Of a DNA stretch of 45,181 bases, positions 37,662 through 45,181 are shown one piece after another. Source of the stretch: Lachnospiraceae bacterium (GTDB lineage Bacteria; Bacillota; Clostridia; Lachnospirales; Lachnospiraceae); the NCBI GenBank assembly GCA_024692885.1, contig JAILLZ010000060.1, positions 1 to 45,181 on the forward strand, read 5' to 3'. The stretch's first letter is position 1. Every line of letters begins with the position of its first letter. A program made the position numbers and the translations under genes. Under the pieces are notes generated by a model, which saw nothing but the letters and a program-made list of their open reading frames with translations, did no database searches and had not been told where the DNA came from.

Positions 37662-38469
37662 AGGAAAGCCCCTCGTATCTGCGATTATATTGGGCCTAAT
37701 AATTCTTGGTTGCGTTTTTGCCGAGGTTATAATGAACCATGATCCTGTATATATGGATTTGGCAAACTTTGACAAAGCTCCGGGAAAAGAATTCTTTTTC
37801 GGAACGGACAATTTGGGAAGAGATATTTATTCCATGATTTGGTACGGTGGAAGATGTTCTCTTATGATAGGATTTTTGGCGACATTGATTTCCACCACTA
37901 TAGCAGTTGTTTACGGTACCTTAAGCGGTATCTCAGGAATGCTTGTGGATGATATCATGATGAGATTTACCGAGATTCTTTTGAGCATTCCGGGAATTCT
38001 TCTCATCATATTTGTGCAGGCCATGATTGGACAACAGAATATCCTTGCAATCTCAATCATTATTGGGGTAACAAGCTGGATGAGTATTGCGAAGATGGTG
38101 CGAACAGAGGTTAAGCTCATTCGTACGCAGGAGTATGTTTTGGTTTCAAAACAGATGGGAGCAGGATTTTTCCATGTGCTTGGAAAACACTATTTCCCAA
38201 ACTTTATTTCATCCATAATGTTTATGATAGTTATGAATGTAAGAAGCGCCATAGTTGCTGAGTCCACCTTGAGCTTTCTTGGACTTGGACTTCCAATTGA
38301 AGTTATTTCATGGGGAAGCATGCTTAGCCTTTCCGAGAAAGCTTTGATATCAAATGCCTGGTGGGTAATTCTTATCCCCGGTGTATTTCTTGTGATAACA
38401 CTTATGTGCATCACGAATATCGGAAATTACATCCGTGAAAGGATGAACAAGGGCGAGAGTAATATGTAG
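37648..38469 (+). CDS. ABC transporter permease (OppC/DppC-like)
   Basis: 273 aa with a GTG start after a GGAGG RBS. It has the N-terminal DP...FFFGTDNLGRDIYS motif and the EAA-like EYVLVSKQMGAG. Confidence 0.9.
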   Translation: MKRFKGKPLVSAIILGLIILGCVFAEVIMNHDPVYMDLANFDKAPGKEFFFGTDNLGRDIYSMIWYGGRCSLMIGFLATLISTTIAVVYGTLSGISGMLVDDIMMRFTEILLSIPGILLIIFVQAMIGQQNILAISIIIGVTSWMSIAKMVRTEVKLIRTQEYVLVSKQMGAGFFHVLGKHYFPNFISSIMFMIVMNVRSAIVAESTLSFLGLGLPIEVISWGSMLSLSEKALISNAWWVILIPGVFLVITLMCITNIGNYIRERMNKGESNM

Positions 38470-38490
38470 AATTCGATTTGGCATTCAATA

Positions 38491-38528
38491 AAAGAGCCGC
38501 AGGTCAATTACGACTTGCGGCTTTGTTA
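38491..38528. terminator. bidirectional terminator between the ABC operon (+) and ppiB (-)
   Basis: AGCCGCAGGTC/GACTTGCGGCT forms an 11-bp stem, with TTTGTT on the + side and CTCTTTTATT on the - side. Confidence 0.75.
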
Positions 38529-38545
38529 TGTTTGATATGTATCGA

Positions 38546-39067
38546 TTAGAGTTTCTCAGGTTCCGGATACTCTACTCCGAATGTCTCTACAGTCACCTTT
38601 TTCATTTTCTGCTCAACCATTGGTCTGTCACTGTAATCTGTAGGAACTTCAGCGATGTGATTTACGACTTCCATTCCCTCTGTGACTTTTCCGAATGCGG
38701 CGTAATCTCCGTCAAGGTGTGGAGCATTCTGATGCATGATGAAGAACTGGCTTCCTGCAGAATCAGGAATCATTGTTCTTGCCATTGAGAGAACACCAGG
38801 TGTGTGCTTAAGATCGTTCTTGAAACCGTTTGAGGAGAATTCACCCTTGATGCTGTAGCCCGGTCCGCCGATACCGATTCCTTCAGGATCTCCACCCTGA
38901 AGCATGAAGCCCTTTATAACTCTATGGAAGATGATTCCATCGTAAAATCCTTTATTTATAAGGCTGATAAAGTTGTTTACGGTATTTGGGGCAATCTCAG
39001 GATAAAGCTCAGCTTTTATCACTTCACCGCTCTCCATCTCAATAGTGACTATTGGATTCTGTGCCAT
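38546..39067 (-). CDS. ppiB: cytoplasmic peptidyl-prolyl isomerase, cyclophilin type
   Basis: 173 aa with the cyclophilin motifs FHRVIKGFMLQGGDP, SMARTM and GSQFFI. There is no signal peptide. Confidence 0.93.
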   Translation of the reverse strand: MAQNPIVTIEMESGEVIKAELYPEIAPNTVNNFISLINKGFYDGIIFHRVIKGFMLQGGDPEGIGIGGPGYSIKGEFSSNGFKNDLKHTPGVLSMARTMIPDSAGSQFFIMHQNAPHLDGDYAAFGKVTEGMEVVNHIAEVPTDYSDRPMVEQKMKKVTVETFGVEYPEPEKL

Positions 39068-39115
39068 ATTATAATCCTCTTTTCGTTGTTTTTATTCATT
39101 AAGTAATGCAAAACC

Positions 39116-39144
39116 ATGATAAACGTTTGCGAAAAAAATGTAAA
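39116..39144 (-). promoter_or_regulatory. candidate sigma-A promoter of ppiB
   Basis: On the - strand: TTTACA (39144-39139), a 17-nt spacer, then TATCAT (39121-39116). Confidence 0.45.
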
Positions 39145-39197
39145 GTTTGACATGTTGGGAATCTGTGGTCACCGCGGTTTTAATGGTTTTATGAATA

Positions 39198-39278
39198 TTA
39201 CCGCCCAGAAATGCTTATTACTTTTTTGGCGGTAACGCCACTACCGCCAGAACCAGTTATTTACAACATCAGCGGTAA
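39198..39278. repeat. dyad array of four TACCGCC/GGCGGTA boxes in the ppiB-GNAT divergent intergenic region
   Basis: The boxes are TTACCGCC 39198-39205, GGCGGTAA 39228-39235, TACCGCC 39242-39248 and GCGGTAA 39272-39278, with alternating orientation and a 22/6/23-nt spacing that is symmetric about ~39238. Confidence 0.7.
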
Positions 39279-39289
39279 TATTTTATAAT
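39260..39289 (+). promoter_or_regulatory. candidate sigma-A promoter of the GNAT gene
   Basis: TTTACA (39260-39265), an 18-nt spacer, then TATAAT (39284-39289). The fourth GCGGTAA box lies inside the spacer. Confidence 0.45.
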
Positions 39290-39321
39290 TTCTTGGTTGA
39301 TAGGATAGAAAAAGGTGAAAT

Positions 39322-40071
39322 ATGTTTAAGAACACTATATACAACAAACTTCCGGATGGACCGGAGGCAGGCAACACCCTGGTTATAACTGATGATGACG
39401 CAATTGCTCTTGAGTGCAAAACAAAGGGAATAGCTGTCATAGGAGTGGAAAAAGAAGATAAAAGAATATGGAACGCTTCATATACCGTGGAGTCCGAATA
39501 CTTGATTGACGACAAACTTAAGGAACTTGTCTGGGCCAGACATAATCACAAGGCTTACAGCCCTTTTGAGACAGAGAGACTCACAGCCATAGAGATAGAT
39601 ATGGATTCCCGTGATGCGGTGTTGGCATTTTTAAATGAAATATCTGATGAGGACAAATCCGAAAAAAGCCATTGCCACAGGAAGCAGGTATTTACCTTCG
39701 ACAGGGGATTTCTTGAGGATGAGGAGTGCCTGAAAAGTTATATCGAAAACCAATATGCTTTCTACGGATTCGGTATGTGGCAGCTTCTGGAAAAGGAGAC
39801 GGGCGAGATGATTGGCCTGGTGTCCTTAAATGTGGAGCGAGGAGAGGTGCTCACCATGGGATATGCAGTAAAGCCGCCAAAAAGGCGTATGGGCTATGCA
39901 AAAGAAGCCTGTGAGGCAGCAGTTGAGTATGCAAAAGAGTTTGGGTATGACATGCTTTTCCTAAGAATTAGCAAGGACAACGATGTGTCTTTAAAATTTG
40001 CGGAGAAGCTGGGTTTTAGCGAACTCAATGAAGATGGTTCGGATTGCATTTTTTACAAAAACTTAATATAA
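39322..40071 (+). CDS. GNAT-family N-acetyltransferase with an uncharacterised ~110-aa N-terminal extension
   Basis: 249 aa. The C-terminal ~130 aa are RimJ/RimL-like (GLVSLNVE...MGYAV...RRMGYAKEA...A). The N-terminal part has no motif I recognise. Confidence 0.75.
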   Translation: MFKNTIYNKLPDGPEAGNTLVITDDDAIALECKTKGIAVIGVEKEDKRIWNASYTVESEYLIDDKLKELVWARHNHKAYSPFETERLTAIEIDMDSRDAVLAFLNEISDEDKSEKSHCHRKQVFTFDRGFLEDEECLKSYIENQYAFYGFGMWQLLEKETGEMIGLVSLNVERGEVLTMGYAVKPPKRRMGYAKEACEAAVEYAKEFGYDMLFLRISKDNDVSLKFAEKLGFSELNEDGSDCIFYKNLI

Positions 40072-40199
40072 TGAAGGTTACTAATTATTTTAAAGTGCGA
40101 GTTTTTTGAAGAAAACAAATAACTCGAACTTTTGAAAAACTATTTTGGTAAATAATAAAAAGAATAGCTATATTCAGGTTTACATAGAAGAGGAACAAA

Positions 40200-42494
40200 A
40201 TGGCGGAAATCTCAGCGGAAGAAGTTGAAAAAGTCGAGAGAGAATTTCATAGAGGTGACGATGCTATTTGCCCTACAAAGGACTTCAAAGATCCTGAGAG
40301 TCTGTACGGCGAACTTATAGCAACTATAAAGAAATATCATCCATCAGCGGACATATCGCTCGTTGAAAAGGCATACCACGTGGCAGATGAGGCTCACAAG
40401 GGACAAGTGCGCAAATCGGGAGAACCGTATATCATTCATCCTTTGTGCGTGGCAACTATTCTTGCGGAGCTTGAGTTGGACAAGGAAACCATCGTAGCCG
40501 GTATTCTTCATGATGTCGTAGAAGATACCATTATGACTGATGATGAGATAAAAGAGGAATTCGGAGAGGAAGTTGCTCTTCTTGTTGACGGTGTCACTAA
40601 GTTGGGACAGCTGTCTTACGATATGGATAAGGTGGAGGTCCAGGCAGAAAATTTAAGAAAAATGTTTCTTGCTATGGCAAAAGACATCAGAGTTATCTTG
40701 ATAAAGCTTGCCGACAGACTTCACAACATGCGTACTTTAAAGTACATGACTCCGGAAAAACAGAGAGAAAAAGCAAGAGAGACAATGGATATCTATTCTC
40801 CGTTGGCACAGCGACTTGGTATATCGAAAATCAAAGTCGAGCTGGACGATCTCTCATTAAAATATTTGGAACCTGAAGCATACAGAAATCTTGTGGAGAC
40901 TATCGCTCAGAGAAAGAGCGCCAGAGAAGAGTATGTGGGACAGCTTGTCGATGCGGTAAAAGAATGCATCGATGAGGCAGGAATCGAAGCTACGGTATAT
41001 GGAAGAGCGAAGCACTTCTTCAGCATATACAAAAAGATGGTTAATCAGAATAAGACCATCGATCAGATTTATGATTTATTTGCAATCAGAATCATAGTTG
41101 AGGACGTAAAAGACTGCTATGCAGCACTCGGCGTCATTCACGAGAAATACAAACCTATTCCGGGAAGATTCAAAGACTACATAGCCATGCCAAAGCCAAA
41201 CATGTATCAGTCTTTGCATACGACCCTTATCGGACCGACAGGACAGCCTTTTGAGATACAGATAAGAACAAAGGAGATGCACCGTACATCCGAGTACGGT
41301 ATCGCAGCCCATTGGAAATACAAAGAGGGAATCAGCGGCGACACCAGCGGAAATCAGGAAGAAGTAAAGCTGAACTGGCTGAAGCAGATTCTCGAGTGGC
41401 AGAGAGACAGCTCCGACAATAAAGAGTTTATGAGCTATCTGAAAGCGGACCTCAATCTGTTTTCGGATAATGTATTCTGCTTCACACCATCGGGAGATGT
41501 AAAAAACCTTCCAAACGGAAGTACACCTATAGATTTTGCCTACTCTATCCATTCCGCAGTCGGAAACAGAATGATAGGTGCAAAGGCAAACGGAAAGCTT
41601 GTTCCGATAGACTATGTTATTCAGAACGGTGATCTCATAGAGGTTCTGACATCACAGAACTCCAGAGGACCTAGCCGTGACTGGCTCAACATAGTAAAGA
41701 GCACCCAGGCGAAAAATAAGATAAACCAGTGGTTCAGGAGCCAGTTCAAAGAGGAAAACATCCTTAAAGGAAAAGAACTGGTAGTTAACTATGCAAAGTC
41801 AAAGGGTATAAATTTTGCAGAGATCAACAAGCCTGAATATCAGCAGAAGATCATCATTAAATATGGTTTCCATGACTGGGATTCCGCTATGGCCACTGTA
41901 GGACACGGCGGCTTAAAGGAAAGCCAGATAGTAAACCGTATGGTGGAAGAATACCAGAAAGACCATATTGTTCCGTTGTCCGATCAGGATGTATTGGACA
42001 GCGCACCGGATAAGGATAAAAACAGAGAAGAGTCCAGATCAAAGGGCGGAATCGTAGTCAAGGGACTTCACGATGTATCCGTTCATTTGAGCAAATGCTG
42101 TTCCCCTGTGCCGGGAGATGAGATAGTGGGATTCGTCACCAGGGGTAGGGGCGTATCCATCCACAGAACCGACTGTATCAATATTTTGAACATGTCGGAG
42201 ATGGACAGAAGCCGTCTCCTCGAAGCATGGTGGCAGCAGGGACCTGAAAGCGGCCTTTATCAGGCAGACATCAAGATTTACGGACACAACAGAACCGGAC
42301 TTCTTGTGGATATTTCAAAGATTCTTTCGGAGAGAAATATAGATATAAAAAGTATACATTCTACAACCAATAAGCAGAACGTTGCGACTATAGAAATCTC
42401 CTTTGCGGTGAAGGGCAAAGAGGAACTTGTCGCACTGGTTGAAAAGATTCGCCAGATTGAAAGCATTATTGATGTAGTTCGTACGACCGGCTAA
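40200..42494 (+). CDS. rel: bifunctional (p)ppGpp synthetase/hydrolase (long RSH, Rel)
   Basis: 764 aa. It has the HD hydrolase domain (HPLCVATILA...HDVVEDT), the synthetase domain (YKPIPGRFKDYIAMPKPNMYQSLHTT...EIQIRT) and TGS, ZFD (CCSPVPGD) and ACT C-terminal domains. Confidence 0.96.
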   Translation: MAEISAEEVEKVEREFHRGDDAICPTKDFKDPESLYGELIATIKKYHPSADISLVEKAYHVADEAHKGQVRKSGEPYIIHPLCVATILAELELDKETIVAGILHDVVEDTIMTDDEIKEEFGEEVALLVDGVTKLGQLSYDMDKVEVQAENLRKMFLAMAKDIRVILIKLADRLHNMRTLKYMTPEKQREKARETMDIYSPLAQRLGISKIKVELDDLSLKYLEPEAYRNLVETIAQRKSAREEYVGQLVDAVKECIDEAGIEATVYGRAKHFFSIYKKMVNQNKTIDQIYDLFAIRIIVEDVKDCYAALGVIHEKYKPIPGRFKDYIAMPKPNMYQSLHTTLIGPTGQPFEIQIRTKEMHRTSEYGIAAHWKYKEGISGDTSGNQEEVKLNWLKQILEWQRDSSDNKEFMSYLKADLNLFSDNVFCFTPSGDVKNLPNGSTPIDFAYSIHSAVGNRMIGAKANGKLVPIDYVIQNGDLIEVLTSQNSRGPSRDWLNIVKSTQAKNKINQWFRSQFKEENILKGKELVVNYAKSKGINFAEINKPEYQQKIIIKYGFHDWDSAMATVGHGGLKESQIVNRMVEEYQKDHIVPLSDQDVLDSAPDKDKNREESRSKGGIVVKGLHDVSVHLSKCCSPVPGDEIVGFVTRGRGVSIHRTDCINILNMSEMDRSRLLEAWWQQGPESGLYQADIKIYGHNRTGLLVDISKILSERNIDIKSIHSTTNKQNVATIEISFAVKGKEELVALVEKIRQIESIIDVVRTTG

Positions 42495-42520
42495 AAAACG
42501 GTATAGGGGGTTTTATTTTT

Positions 42521-44548
42521 ATGCAATTTTTTGTAAATGCAAAAGCATTCAAGAGCGGAAACGGATCGGAGGAGTATCCGTTCAAGACAATCACAGAGGC
42601 TGCGGATGTAGCCGGACCGGGAGATGAAGTAATAGTTTATCCCGGAATTTACAGAGAAAATGTCAATCCGAAAAACGCAGGTCTTCCGGGAATGAATGTC
42701 GTATATCGTTCAAAGGAGCCGTTAAAGGCGGTAATCACAGGTTCTGAGAGAATAACAAACTGGGAGCCTTATGAGGGAGATGTGTGGGTTTCCCGTATAG
42801 GAAACGGAATTTTCGGAGAGTACAATCCCTATACTACACTTGTATACGGCGACTGGTTCATACAGACAATGATCGCTCATACGGGTGAAGTTTATCTGAA
42901 TGAGAAGTCTCTCTACGAGGTGACGGAGCTTGAGAAGGTTTTAAATCCTGTGAAATATGAGCCTTCATGGGATGCGGATTTCAGCCTTCACACCTGGTAC
43001 ACCGAGCAGGATGCCGAGAAGAATGAGACAGTTATCTACGCCAATTTCGGCGGATTAAATCCAAATGAAGAAGAAGTAGAAATAAATGTGCGACGCAACT
43101 GCTTTTATCCGCAGAAGGAAGGCGTCGGATATATCACACTTTCGGGCTTTACGGTAAAACGTGCGGCGACACAGTGGGCTCCGCCTACAGGCTATCAGGA
43201 GGGAATGATTGGTCCTCATTGGTCTAAGGGCTGGATCATCGAGGACTGTGATGTTTACCAGTCAAAATGCTCGGGAATATCACTTGGAAAATACCTTCAG
43301 CCAAACAATGACAACAAGTGGTCAAAATGGAAATTCAAGGACGGTACACAGACCGAGAGAGATGCAATCTGTCAGGCTCAGTTTGATGGATGGAGCAAGG
43401 AGACCATAGGTTCTCACATCATCAGACGCTGCAACATCCACGACTGCGGACAGACCGGAATCGTCGGACATTTGGGTGGAGTTTTCTCACTTATCGAGGA
43501 CAACCACATTCATCATATCAACAACAAGCAGAACCTTGCAGGTGCTGAAATCGGCGGAATAAAGATGCATGCTGCGATAGATGTAATCATCAGAAGAAAT
43601 CATTTCCATCACTGCACAAGAGGACTTTGGCTTGATTGGCAGGCACAGGGAACAAGGGTTACTCAGAACCTTTTCCATGACAACACTCTGCCTAAGGATG
43701 AAAATGCAAAGGAAGAGAATGCACTTGGACTTGGAGAGGATATCTTCGTTGAGGTTTCACACGGACCAACACTTATAGACAACAATATTATGTTGTCAGA
43801 CTGTGCGATGAGACTGTCTACTCAGGGGTTTGCTTTGGTTCATAACCTTATCGCAGGCTCATTTGTAGCTGTTGGTCAGGGCGTAAATAACGGTTCGATT
43901 ACAAAACCGTCACCGAGATACACACCGTATCATATGCCTCACAGAACTGAGGTTGCGGGATTTATGACCATCCTTCACGGAGATGCCAGATTCTACAACA
44001 ATATATTTATTCAAAAACCTGTCAGACCTTGCATGCAGGAGCTTTCAAAAGCAATGGAGAACAATGCCTGGTCAGATCTCAATATGACAGTCGGAACCGT
44101 ACCGTTTGATGAGTATCCTACATTGGAAGAATACTGTGAGCAGTTTGTGGGCTATTGCGGAATGGGCTCTGAACAGTCAGACAGATACTACAACCCGCTT
44201 CCGGTATGGACCGGCGGAAATGTCTTCTTCAACGGCGCGAAGCCTGTAAGCAAGGAAAAGGACTACTATGCGGATGACACCAGCAAGGTATTTGTTGAAG
44301 TGGTGGAGAATAACGGAAAGGTCTGCCTCAGGACAAACGTTTATGATTCGCTTTCAAAATCCACAGCATCCATCATAGACTCCGAAACACTTGGCTTAGC
44401 CTTTGAGCCGGAGCAGAGATTTGAGAATCCTGATGGCAGCGAGATAGTGTTTGACGAGGACTTCTTCGGAAACCACAGAGCTGCAAATCCAACCGTGGGA
44501 CCGTTTGAGGAGAGCAAGGGAATTTTTGAACTTTTTGATATTGCTTAA
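42521..44548 (+). CDS. cytoplasmic right-handed beta-helix protein, probably GH120-type beta-xylosidase
   Basis: 675 aa with no signal peptide and an N-terminal DUF1565-like segment (YPFKTITEAADVAGPGDEVIVYPGIY). It has PbH1-like repeats (IRRCNIHDCGQTGIVGH, RRNHFHHCTRGLWLDW). IYANF..NPNEEEVEINVRRNCFYP, WAPPT, GLWLDWQAQGTRV and FVEVSHGP resemble XylC (GH120) as I recall it. Confidence 0.7.
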   Translation: MQFFVNAKAFKSGNGSEEYPFKTITEAADVAGPGDEVIVYPGIYRENVNPKNAGLPGMNVVYRSKEPLKAVITGSERITNWEPYEGDVWVSRIGNGIFGEYNPYTTLVYGDWFIQTMIAHTGEVYLNEKSLYEVTELEKVLNPVKYEPSWDADFSLHTWYTEQDAEKNETVIYANFGGLNPNEEEVEINVRRNCFYPQKEGVGYITLSGFTVKRAATQWAPPTGYQEGMIGPHWSKGWIIEDCDVYQSKCSGISLGKYLQPNNDNKWSKWKFKDGTQTERDAICQAQFDGWSKETIGSHIIRRCNIHDCGQTGIVGHLGGVFSLIEDNHIHHINNKQNLAGAEIGGIKMHAAIDVIIRRNHFHHCTRGLWLDWQAQGTRVTQNLFHDNTLPKDENAKEENALGLGEDIFVEVSHGPTLIDNNIMLSDCAMRLSTQGFALVHNLIAGSFVAVGQGVNNGSITKPSPRYTPYHMPHRTEVAGFMTILHGDARFYNNIFIQKPVRPCMQELSKAMENNAWSDLNMTVGTVPFDEYPTLEEYCEQFVGYCGMGSEQSDRYYNPLPVWTGGNVFFNGAKPVSKEKDYYADDTSKVFVEVVENNGKVCLRTNVYDSLSKSTASIIDSETLGLAFEPEQRFENPDGSEIVFDEDFFGNHRAANPTVGPFEESKGIFELFDIA

Positions 44549-44581
44549 ATATCCAAAAGCACCATAAAGAAGGGCTGAATT

Positions 44582-44833
44582 ATGAACGATTTAGTTATTC
44601 TATTATCAATAGCATTGGCTTTATTAGTTGTATTCAGAAAGAATATATATATTGTGAATGCATGTTTAGTCGTAATGGGACTGACACTTATAGTAAAAGG
44701 CGGAACGATAATAGGCGCATCAATGTGGAAAAACATCGCGGTTGCATTGATAGTATGTGGGATACTAATGATATGTATAGCAACTTTCAGATGTGCTCTA
44801 TATTACTTCCGAAAGAGAAATAAAATAGAATAA
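44582..44833 (+). CDS. small hydrophobic membrane protein (3 predicted TM segments), function unknown
   Basis: 83 aa with a GAAGGG RBS. Three hydrophobic stretches are separated by K/R residues, and the tail is basic (YYFRKRNKIE). Confidence 0.55.
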   Translation: MNDLVILLSIALALLVVFRKNIYIVNACLVVMGLTLIVKGGTIIGASMWKNIAVALIVCGILMICIATFRCALYYFRKRNKIE

Positions 44834-44864
44834 AGATTAAAAGACTGAAGCAGTATTGCTATGA

Positions 44865-44900
44865 GAAGAGAGGGATGTAATGTCTCTCTCTTTTGTTTTG
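44865..44900 (+). terminator. probable terminator after the small membrane-protein gene
   Basis: AGAGAGGGA...TCTCTCTCT forms the stem, followed by TTTTGTTTTG. Confidence 0.5.
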
Positions 44901-44932
44901 TAGGCTTCGTGTATCAAAAATCTTCGTAATTT

Positions 44933-45172
44933 CATTGCTGGTGATTTTCACTAAATCAATTGCTTATTCTCTTATGAAGGACTCTAGATTTTCTTAGCAT
45001 TTTATGAATAAGCCAGCAAATTTTCATCCGGATGATGAAAATAGGGAGCGCAACGCCAGGGATGGCGAATTGCGACCGTTTCCGTACGGTATAGATGTCT
45101 TTTCAAAATGCTTAGAAAATCTTAAGCCCGTAACCGAGAATAACAATGATTTAGTGCAAATCACCATTAATG
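44933..45172. repeat. ~240-nt inverted-repeat element folding into a long closing helix plus 3 internal hairpins (ncRNA or MITE-like element)
   Basis: The outer arms 44933-44971 and 45136-45172 are complementary at ~34 of 39 positions. The inner arms 44987-45003 and 45105-45121 form a perfect 17 bp. Internal hairpins lie at 45020-45042, 45049-45074 (5+5 bp, AA bulge, GGGA loop) and 45075-45090. No ORF of 60 aa or more is present. Confidence 0.75.
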
Positions 45173-45181
45173 TAGTTTTTA

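Noticed and set aside
45046-45078. Domain-V-shaped hairpin (GAGC...GGGA tetraloop...AA bulge) as a second group II intron end
   Set aside because: The lower helix pairs for only 5 bp, and the GAGC nucleotides have no complementary 3' strand. No DVI with a branch A follows, and no intron domains or ORF precede it.
1-45181. Search for CRISPR arrays, tRNA genes, prophage/integrase genes, restriction-modification, toxin-antitoxin or other defence modules
   Set aside because: No regularly spaced direct repeats, tRNA cloverleaf candidates, or ORFs with integrase, nuclease, methylase or toxin-like motifs were seen. Every ORF over 80 aa on the coding strand has a housekeeping or metabolic assignment.

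Overview
This 45.2-kb segment reads as core chromosome of a butyrate-producing, plant-fibre-degrading Clostridia (Lachnospiraceae-like) bacterium. About 36 of 38 genes are on the + strand, and most are confidently housekeeping or central metabolism. In order: an orphan Opp/Dpp-type ABC ATPase (-); GH94 cellobiose phosphorylase; a cyclophilin lipoprotein; the dgt-dnaG-rpoD-trmK-(TGS/uridine-kinase-like) operon; RNase P RNA (type A); hypA plus two diverged tandem hypB genes. Next comes a cell-envelope operon (GT2 GtrB-like, two small ORFs, a membrane-anchored alpha/beta-hydrolase-fold protein, GtrA, coiled-coil SleB-type hydrolase), then the butyryl-CoA operon thl-hbd-bcd-etfB-etfA (no crt). These are followed by a 7-gene V-type ATPase (E, DUF2764-like, A, B, D, I, K); Mrp/ApbC; an Fe-alcohol dehydrogenase; a family-5 peptide/nickel ABC importer (SBP, fused double ATPase, two permeases); cytoplasmic cyclophilin (-); a GNAT; bifunctional Rel; a cytoplasmic beta-helix (GH120-like) protein; and a small membrane protein. 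I see no CRISPR array, tRNA, prophage, recognisable defence island or toxin-antitoxin module, so I cannot honestly point to a clear novel protein system. The unexplained signal is in non-coding DNA. (1) The first ~99 nt look like the domain V/VI end of a group II intron. (2) A 177-bp rod-like palindrome carrying inward-facing promoter boxes sits between the ABC ATPase and cbp. (3) Two near-consensus sigma-54 -24/-12 elements with flanking inverted repeats lie upstream of the ABC importer. (4) A dyad array of four TACCGCC/GGCGGTA boxes lies between ppiB and the GNAT gene. (5) A ~240-nt multi-stem inverted-repeat element sits at the window end. On the coding side, the orphan hypA-hypB-hypB module and the envelope operon are the most worth following up. 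All coordinates and pairings were derived by hand from the sequence, and no database search was run.
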